A DNA stretch of 49,404 nucleotides from an uncultured Bacteroides sp. (GTDB lineage: Bacteria > Bacteroidota > Bacteroidia > Bacteroidales > SM23-62): positions 1 through 49,404 of the forward strand of contig CAYZEZ010000001.1 in NCBI GenBank assembly GCA_964477295.1. The letters are read 5' to 3'. A model generated the notes under the pieces. It made no database searches. It worked only from the letters and a program-made list of their open reading frames with translations, and was not told the origin of the DNA. The position numbers and the translations under genes are program-made. How positions within the stretch are numbered: position 1 is the first letter of the stretch; each line of letters begins with the position of its first letter. Below are positions 44,001-49,404 of this stretch, piece by piece.

Positions 44001-45819
44001 TTAAAAGGTAGTTTGCACAGGAATCGGTACCCGATTCAGGTACAATATATACCAGGTGGCTGGTAAGGGAATCGCCGGTGATTACATTTTTTATGAATTC
44101 ATTTCTGTCAGCCCCATTGTTCAGTTCAATGGTATGTCCCCAGAGTGAATCCCTTGAGGCAATTGTCATCCACTGGAATGTCGTGTAATCGGTGCTGTCG
44201 AGTTTTAGGGTATAAGGTTTGGATTGATCCACCGGGGTATAGGTAAGGATAACACTGGTGTTATCTTCATTCAGGGAACTAAAGATTACCCGGTTTTCAG
44301 GACCTGTTCCCGGGATATCTTTCAGCAGCACCTGCTCATTATATGTTCCCGGATCAACCAGGAATATTGTACTGTCACTAATGCCACAATTGCAGAGTGC
44401 ATCCGCTGCATGCTGGAAACTGTTGTAGGTTTTTCCGGCACCGACATGATATGTCCCGTTAAGTACACTGTCACATGCGAATTCAGTTGCGATCAGGGTA
44501 TCATTGCTCGTGTATTCATCGGTTTTTCCATTCGGATCCATTATCCAGGCTTCAAGGGTGTGGTAATTATGAGTGAAATCATAGGTTCCGATCACGATAG
44601 AATCTTTGTCCTCATAAAGGGAGAGGCTGCCACTCCAGGAAAATGGTGTTTGAGCTGCACCGTCCACTTTCCAGCCGATGTCAGCGCTGGTGATGGTTTC
44701 TGTCCCAAAACTTTTCAGAGTAACTGTCACATCCTGCGAGCCGGTCATGAATCCCCCGTCCCAGTGGTTAAATGCCATGATACCGAGATCGATCGTATCG
44801 TGTTCATAGACCTCAAATCCCATGTCGGCTGTGGTACCATCCGGATCAAGGGGATTCCCCGGATCCCCGGTGTTGATGCAGGGGGATCCACGCATCAATG
44901 TGAAATCACCCGAATCGGGTTCGGTTAGCAGGGGAACGGTGTCCAGGTTGGTAGGTCCGGTTGCTCCCGGGGCGCAGGTGTAAGTAAGGGTTGAGTTTGT
45001 AACATTGTTTTCCCAGATGATGGAACTGTTAACTATTGATGGTGTACTGCCGAATGTGCTGATCCCATAATCTCCCCAAACGGCCTGATTCCCCCAGATA
45101 GTAGACTGTTCAATCAGCGCATACCCGATATTTTGAAGTTCTAATCCTCCGGCTTCCCCGCTGCCACTCCAGCCGTCATAAAATGCTTCATTATCATAAA
45201 CAAGGCATCGGTGCATCTCAAGGTAGCTGTCGTCGTTCGAGAAGAGCCCCCCGCCATACCGGCACCGGTTATTCCTGATAATGGAGTTATTGATAATTAG
45301 TTTACCATCATTATAAATGCCAGCCCCTTGGTCCAAATCACTAGTGTGGACCTCTCCGTTTCCATCCTCGATAATAAATCCATCCACTTCAGCCGTATCG
45401 GGATTGAAGATAACATGACAAGCATTATCGCCCCGCTGTCCTATCGATCCTATATCTCCGCTCAGAATAACCGGATTTGCTCTCCAGTCGCGCTGTGAAT
45501 CGGCAGTTTCCGTACCCGAGAACCCACCCAGCATAACGATATGGTCAGGCAGGGCAAATGTGCTTAGGAAGTCGGTAGGGCTGTATGTGCCGTCCCTTAG
45601 CCGGTCGGGTTTATATATACCCCCTGCTACCCACACAGTATCTCCTTCAGCGGCCTGGTAAAGAGCTTCAGCAAGGCTGGTGTAGGCATAAGTCCAGGAA
45701 GATCCGTCAATAGTTGGTCCCGGAGCATCCTGATCGACATAAATCCGGGTTTGTGAAAAAGTACTTGTCCCGATAAATAGAAAGGCAAAAAAAGTGGCCA
45801 GGCGCAGTATAGTCGTCAT
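41050..45819 (-). CDS. 1589-aa secreted right-handed beta-helix repeat protein with a T9SS C-terminal sorting domain
   Basis: The signal peptide is MTTILRLATFFAFLFIGTSTFSQ. There are many N/G-rich beta-helix turns (IINNSIIRNN, NNSFVN, EGNYFHNGWNGI). The C-terminus NIYPNPAYDKFYLS...GIYNLRIQSDDNCYYQRLIIQ matches the type A T9SS CTD pattern. Confidence 0.75.
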   Translation of the reverse strand: MTTILRLATFFAFLFIGTSTFSQTRIYVDQDAPGPTIDGSSWTYAYTSLAEALYQAAEGDTVWVAGGIYKPDRLRDGTYSPTDFLSTFALPDHIVMLGGFSGTETADSQRDWRANPVILSGDIGSIGQRGDNACHVIFNPDTAEVDGFIIEDGNGEVHTSDLDQGAGIYNDGKLIINNSIIRNNRCRYGGGLFSNDDSYLEMHRCLVYDNEAFYDGWSGSGEAGGLELQNIGYALIEQSTIWGNQAVWGDYGISTFGSTPSIVNSSIIWENNVTNSTLTYTCAPGATGPTNLDTVPLLTEPDSGDFTLMRGSPCINTGDPGNPLDPDGTTADMGFEVYEHDTIDLGIMAFNHWDGGFMTGSQDVTVTLKSFGTETITSADIGWKVDGAAQTPFSWSGSLSLYEDKDSIVIGTYDFTHNYHTLEAWIMDPNGKTDEYTSNDTLIATEFACDSVLNGTYHVGAGKTYNSFQHAADALCNCGISDSTIFLVDPGTYNEQVLLKDIPGTGPENRVIFSSLNEDNTSVILTYTPVDQSKPYTLKLDSTDYTTFQWMTIASRDSLWGHTIELNNGADRNEFIKNVITGDSLTSHLVYIVPESGTDSCANYLLIRHSLFRLGKWSVYIEGQPGLYLKGLELRSNEIEDFYNGAVHLKYMTAPQILANRIECTLESSEMNDMIHLYYVNDITRIKGNKLYKHHRGNYTTNGIRFNSSSGGSINNEIQVINNFISINSGNTCFYSSSSGKMKIFNNTFLSYGTSGSPFSVDQNTFQVYNNSFVNLAGGIAANYAYTPVPDCDYNNYYGTGDYLIQNGANKPTTIQEWIDSVGVDQHSISSISGFFGMTDLHTLSADLDSAGTPLTDVNGDIDGQSRNATHPDIGADEFDYPGAMRGDYIIGSSGTADFESVSDALNHVYMLHIDSITNLLLEPEEHEEQLVIFPVPGATSAHPLTLTSSSGDSSDTWISYHNQTLQKDYVYHLSGAKHLHFKNLGFSSERTEKYQGIILLTDSCVDIAFTGNYFLTAKSSFSLYGDLISSEDYRNTELAIEGNYFHNGWNGINIISETYLKYHNKVNISRNEFRNQSNAGIYVDLAKEISINSNRFYSTPEFAGSGGINQGIHIQNTGKGEVYEPTVMNNIFDMHAQTASFPIQLLSSDSLLVLHNTVYSDVTPIHILSCNGTIANNIFHATTGNTGFDVGDTAGLALMHNVYYIDDLYDWEVAFDKMDPTSFEADPVYEDLQSFIPTSPFLKNTGKYFSEAPYDINGVNRFPDPDIGAIEFENALYQVPFADTSVCYGESMIVDAGEGFDSYSWSNDSTGQTFNLVSTNYGGGEREFRVTVDIQGNQYKDTVNVMIAVPEVDLGPDISNCANDTAILDGGPGYAWYDWNDSRYDGLQYCPAPMSANTNYDYILEITDQYGCKARDTVNVSGKAIPGGVNIIPENDTTLRASITGDVFELQWYMNGEPIAGATADVYYMQGGGIYMLEGITQEGCSGFSEEYVNTTSIQPMFSNQRDNAFNIYPNPAYDKFYLSINQIIKNPIISLTDIQGRWILILRKGDLQPGEVHEMDISGLPAGIYNLRIQSDDNCYYQRLIIQ

Positions 45820-46005
45820 AATAATAAGGTTATGTTTATGGAATTTTAAAGGTAGATAAAATATTTCGCTGATTGAAGATATTTCATAACATGATTATTA
45901 CGGAAAAAATGTATTATATCAAGCGAATAGTTTACGTTCAAATAATAGTATATTTATGACAAATCAATTTCAGGTTGATTATTTGAAAAGATTAACAAGC
46001 TGAAT

Positions 46006-47046
46006 ATGGTAAGGAACCGTAAAAGACTATCCTTTCTTGACAGGTATCTTACCATCTGGATTTTTGCTGCCATGGTTATTGGAGTGTTATCGGGTTATTT
46101 CTTACCTGATATTGCACAATTCTGGAACGGGATGAGCAGGGGGACGACCAATATTCCGATAGCCATTGGCCTGATTGTAATGATGTATCCTCCGCTGGCG
46201 AAGGTCAGGTACGAGGAACTTAAAGATGTATTTCACAACAGAAAGATCCTGTTGCTTTCATTGATACAGAACTGGCTAATCGGGCCGGTCCTGATGTTTC
46301 TCCTAGCCATAATTTTTTTAAGGGATTACCCGCACTATATGGCGGGACTGATCCTGATCGGATTGGCCAGGTGCATAGCCATGGTGATTGTGTGGAATGA
46401 GCTGGCACGGGGAGATACAGAATATGCTGCGGGACTTGTAGCTTTCAATTCTATTTTCCAGGTCCTTTTCTTTTCATTTTATGCCTATTTTTTTATTACT
46501 CTTCTGCCCGGGTGGTTTGGGCTGGAATCTTTTGCTGTTGATATAACGATGCGCCAGATTGCCGAAAGTGTATTTATTTACCTGGGCATTCCTTTTCTTG
46601 CCGGGTTCCTGACCAGGTTCATTCTGATAAGGATCAGAACCAAAGAATGGTATCATAAAAAGTTTATTCCGAAAATCAGTCCCCTTACACTGGTGGCGTT
46701 ACTATTCACTATCCTTGTAATGTTTTCGCTGAAAGGTGAATACATCATAAAAATTCCTCTCGATGTAGTCAGGATCGCTATTCCCCTGATCATTTATTTT
46801 GTCATAATGTTCCTTGTATCTTTTTTTATGGGGAAAAGGATAGGTGCAGGTTATTCAAAAACCACAACGATTGCTTTTACAGCAGCCAGCAACAACTTTG
46901 AACTGGCCATCGCAGTAGCTGTGACAGTATTCGGGATAGCTTCAGGTGAGGCATTTGCAGCAGTGATCGGACCACTTGTTGAAGTACCTGTATTGATTTT
47001 GCTGGTAAGCGTAGCCCTGAGGTTTCAGAGGAAGTATTTTGCATAA
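46006..47046 (+). CDS. acr3: ACR3-family arsenite efflux permease
   Basis: [23 protein letters not shown] is the N-terminus, and [10 protein letters not shown] contains the conserved Cys. It has 10 TM segments. No arsR or arsC is adjacent. Confidence 0.85.
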   Translation: MVRNRKRLSFLDRYLTIWIFAAMVIGVLSGYFLPDIAQFWNGMSRGTTNIPIAIGLIVMMYPPLAKVRYEELKDVFHNRKILLLSLIQNWLIGPVLMFLLAIIFLRDYPHYMAGLILIGLARCIAMVIVWNELARGDTEYAAGLVAFNSIFQVLFFSFYAYFFITLLPGWFGLESFAVDITMRQIAESVFIYLGIPFLAGFLTRFILIRIRTKEWYHKKFIPKISPLTLVALLFTILVMFSLKGEYIIKIPLDVVRIAIPLIIYFVIMFLVSFFMGKRIGAGYSKTTTIAFTAASNNFELAIAVAVTVFGIASGEAFAAVIGPLVEVPVLILLVSVALRFQRKYFA

Positions 47047-47107
47047 AGTGGTATCATTTGCAGCTTCACCAGGGGGTCAGTCTCTTCCCGGGAAATCATT
47101 TTCAACA

Positions 47108-48430
47108 TCAATTATTTATATTATTTGCCTGTTCAGTAAATATTGGCATAGTAAATCTAAAATCACTCCCTTTGCCTACCTCACTTTCCACCCAAATCTT
47201 GCCACCGTGTTTTGCAACAAATTCTTTACAAAGCAGTAATCCTAACCCTGTTCCTGTTTCTTCAGCTGTACCTTTTGTGGTAAGAACTTCTGATATATCA
47301 AAGAGTTTTGCCAGATTTTCCGGTGGAATTCCTATTCCATTGTCTGAAACCGAAATTATTACATCTGATTGTGTTTGCTCGGTAATAATATTTATTGTGC
47401 CACTGTTGTTTGTAAATTTTATAGCATTCGAAACAAGATTTCGCAACACCGTTTTTAACATATCAATATCTGCAAAAACATTTAAGCGGTCTTCTGTGAG
47501 ACACTTGATTACTATGTTTTTTTCATCGGCAATCGGATTAAGAGTTATCAGAACATCATTATAAACATCCGTTAGACTCAGATTCTGTGGTTTGAAAGGA
47601 ATATTGCCCTGTTGCGCTCTTGCCCAATTCAATAAATCATCCAATAAATCAACAGAGCGTTGCGCTGATTTATTAATATTAATTACGAGATTCTCAATTT
47701 TATCAAAATCGTATTTATGAATGTTTTTTGTTAATAGTTCGGATAAACCCAGAAGGCTATTGAAGGGACTTTTTAAATCATGTCCGAGAATTGATATAAA
47801 ACGGTCTTTGTCGGCATTTAGTTGACGTAGTCTTATTTCGCTCTTTTCTGCTCTTAGTCTTTCGAAAGTATAGTTTTTGTGAACAAACCTGATAATTATA
47901 TATATTAAATAAGAACAGTAAATGAATGTAATGAGATTGTCAATCCAACGGTCAGTTTCAGATGGAAAGTTTATGATTAAATCTGGTCTGTAGAACTGAA
48001 TAAGAAGAAGAAAAATATTCACAACTATGAAAAGAATGATAATATATTTCTTTATTTTATTGGGAACCACTAATAATCCAAGGATTAATATTACAAATGC
48101 AGGCATTATATTCGATCCATTAATGCCACCATTAAAAATCCAAATAATTGAAACTCCAAATATTGCAACTATAATAACCGGTGTAGCAAAAGGTTTAACT
48201 ATGCTTTTAAATCTGACAAAATAGTAAATGGCTATCAGAAGAACAGATATAAAGATCAGTATTATTACAGTAATTGCTGAAGGTGCAGTAATACAATTGA
48301 TTATTCCACCCAAGGCACAAAGCAATATTCCAACGATAATTGCAGACAACAATAAACGATGCTCCAATGAGAAATTTTCTTTCTCTGCAAAAACATAATT
48401 ACGGATTTCTTTAATTCTTCTTTTAATCAT
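47108..48430 (-). CDS. Sensor histidine kinase with a six-TM N-terminal domain (AT-rich gene)
   Basis: The H-box is ISILGHDLKSPFNSL. The N-box is LRNLVSNAIKFT. The G-boxes are DNGIGI and GTGLGL. Confidence 0.85.
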   Translation of the reverse strand: MIKRRIKEIRNYVFAEKENFSLEHRLLLSAIIVGILLCALGGIINCITAPSAITVIILIFISVLLIAIYYFVRFKSIVKPFATPVIIVAIFGVSIIWIFNGGINGSNIMPAFVILILGLLVVPNKIKKYIIILFIVVNIFLLLIQFYRPDLIINFPSETDRWIDNLITFIYCSYLIYIIIRFVHKNYTFERLRAEKSEIRLRQLNADKDRFISILGHDLKSPFNSLLGLSELLTKNIHKYDFDKIENLVININKSAQRSVDLLDDLLNWARAQQGNIPFKPQNLSLTDVYNDVLITLNPIADEKNIVIKCLTEDRLNVFADIDMLKTVLRNLVSNAIKFTNNSGTINIITEQTQSDVIISVSDNGIGIPPENLAKLFDISEVLTTKGTAEETGTGLGLLLCKEFVAKHGGKIWVESEVGKGSDFRFTMPIFTEQANNINN

Positions 48431-48674
48431 TACATTTTTTCATACGAAATTTTATACATAATATATCTTCTGCCAAATTGATGGAGCTGCAAAGGCCGAC
48501 GTTCCTGAAAGTTGAAAAGTATATGAACCTGTTACAAAATTCTTTCTCGCTTTATTTACTGGTGGCTTATTATTGCAATTCATGGTTCAGAAAAACATCG
48601 ATACCATTAAAATGCAGAGGGAATAAATCATAAAGGAAAACCCACAAATAAATCATTAGATTAATGCTGAATTT

Positions 48675-49404
48675 CTATTTTTTATATTGCTTTTTGATTA
48701 ACTTCAGTAATAAGGTACAATTAATTGGTTTAGATATATAATCGTTACATCCCGCTTCTATTGCCTTTTCTATGTCAACAGCAAATGCATAGGCTGTTTG
48801 TGCAATGATGATTACATCCGTGTTAAATAGACGGATTTGACGTGTGGCTTCATATCCATCCATTTCGGGCATCCTAATGTCCATTAAAATCAAGTCAAGG
48901 TCGGGATTGTTTCGACAAGCCTCAATAGCTTCAATTCCTGTTTCTGCATGTATAATTTTATGACTGATTTCCTGAAGTGCTTCGGTAATGAACAAAGCCG
49001 ATGCTTCTTCATCTTCTGCAATTAATATTTTCAGGTCTTTTATTTCAACTCCTTCATCCTTCTCAGAAACAGCATTTCCGATAACGTTTTTGTCGTTCGA
49101 TACATTATTGTAAGGTATGGTAAAATAAAATATTGAGCCTTTCTCTTCTTCGCTTTCGATCCAAATCTCGCCACCAAGTTTTTCTACATAAGATTTAGAT
49201 ATTGACAAACCCAAACCAGAACCCTGGTAAGCACGTTTATCTTCAATATCAGCCTGAATAAAAAGTTCAAATATTGCATTCAATCGGTCATTGGGAATTC
49301 CAATGCCTGTATCTTTCACAAAGAATTCAAGGTATCCCCCCCTTTTATTATATCCAAATTCAATTGAGCCTTCATCGGTAAACTTAATGGCATTTTTAAC
49401 AAGG
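48675..49404 (-). CDS. Hybrid histidine kinase, C-terminal part (HATPase_c plus receiver); partial, continues past the window end
   Basis: The frame stays open upstream of the track start, which is an internal GTG: ...LVKNAIKFTDEGSIEFGYNKRGGYLEFFVKDTGIGIP. The receiver is ILIAEDE...LILMDIRMPEMDG. Confidence 0.85.
   Translation of the reverse strand, partial: LVKNAIKFTDEGSIEFGYNKRGGYLEFFVKDTGIGIPNDRLNAIFELFIQADIEDKRAYQGSGLGLSISKSYVEKLGGEIWIESEEEKGSIFYFTIPYNNVSNDKNVIGNAVSEKDEGVEIKDLKILIAEDEEASALFITEALQEISHKIIHAETGIEAIEACRNNPDLDLILMDIRMPEMDGYEATRQIRLFNTDVIIIAQTAYAFAVDIEKAIEAGCNDYISKPINCTLLLKLIKKQYKK

Noticed and set aside
44224-44928. 234-aa plus-strand ORF, with others at 42118-42375, 43207-43605 and 43735-43926
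   Set aside because: These are entirely antisense to the 1589-aa beta-helix gene in a GC-rich stretch where long stop-free antisense frames are expected. The translations are low-complexity with no recognisable motifs.

Overview
This is a dense chromosomal window of about 36 protein genes from what looks like a Bacteroidota genome. The evidence for that is a T9SS-type C-terminal sorting domain, exact TAnnTTTG -7 promoter boxes, an atpD-atpC pair standing apart from the other ATP synthase genes, and DUF2723 and TlpA-like proteins. I found no rRNA, tRNA, CRISPR array, transposase or integrase.

Gene content:
- Left part (1-9.5 kb): an ArgR-headed mixed arginine/proline operon on the + strand (argR, GNAT, argG, proC, argE-like, argH, proB, proA). 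It sits between carB (partial, window edge) and carA, which are both on the - strand.
- Middle (9.5-32 kb): envelope and housekeeping genes. These are a TlpA-like thiol-disulfide oxidoreductase, a Na/Pi cotransporter, a polyprenyl synthase, a DUF2723 GT-C-like protein, a 959-aa HExxH/PD40/barrel protein, a LEA_2-like lipoprotein, a TonB-like protein, a GT9 transferase, a hydrolase, atpDC, two small beta-barrel OMPs, aminopeptidase P, an apparently inactive GH16-like protein and an FtsX/MacB-type permease.
- Right part (32-49 kb), which looks accessory:
  - a 59-codon gamma-glutamyltransferase remnant;
  - a tetraheme NapC/NirT cytochrome fused to an FGE-sulfatase-like domain, beside a TAT-exported Gfo/Idh/MocA oxidoreductase and a TAT-exported xylose-isomerase-like TIM barrel;
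  - a TauE/SafE permease;
  - a PhcB-like methyltransferase, multi-TM hybrid kinase and CheY-like regulator operon, just downstream of a 1589-aa beta-helix T9SS cargo protein;
  - an orphan ACR3 gene;
  - a visibly AT-richer block with two more histidine kinases.

Non-coding structure: operon 3' ends and one intercistronic spacer carry short-period (7-9 nt) tandem or inverted low-complexity elements. The clearest is 11 tandem GTTRCAR heptamers between atpD and atpC, whose A/G variation is pairing-neutral only on the atp mRNA strand.

Best candidates for something undescribed are the Phc-like signalling triad and the NapC::FGE fusion with its periplasmic redox neighbours. All functional calls come from reading the translations and recognising motifs. 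No database search was run.
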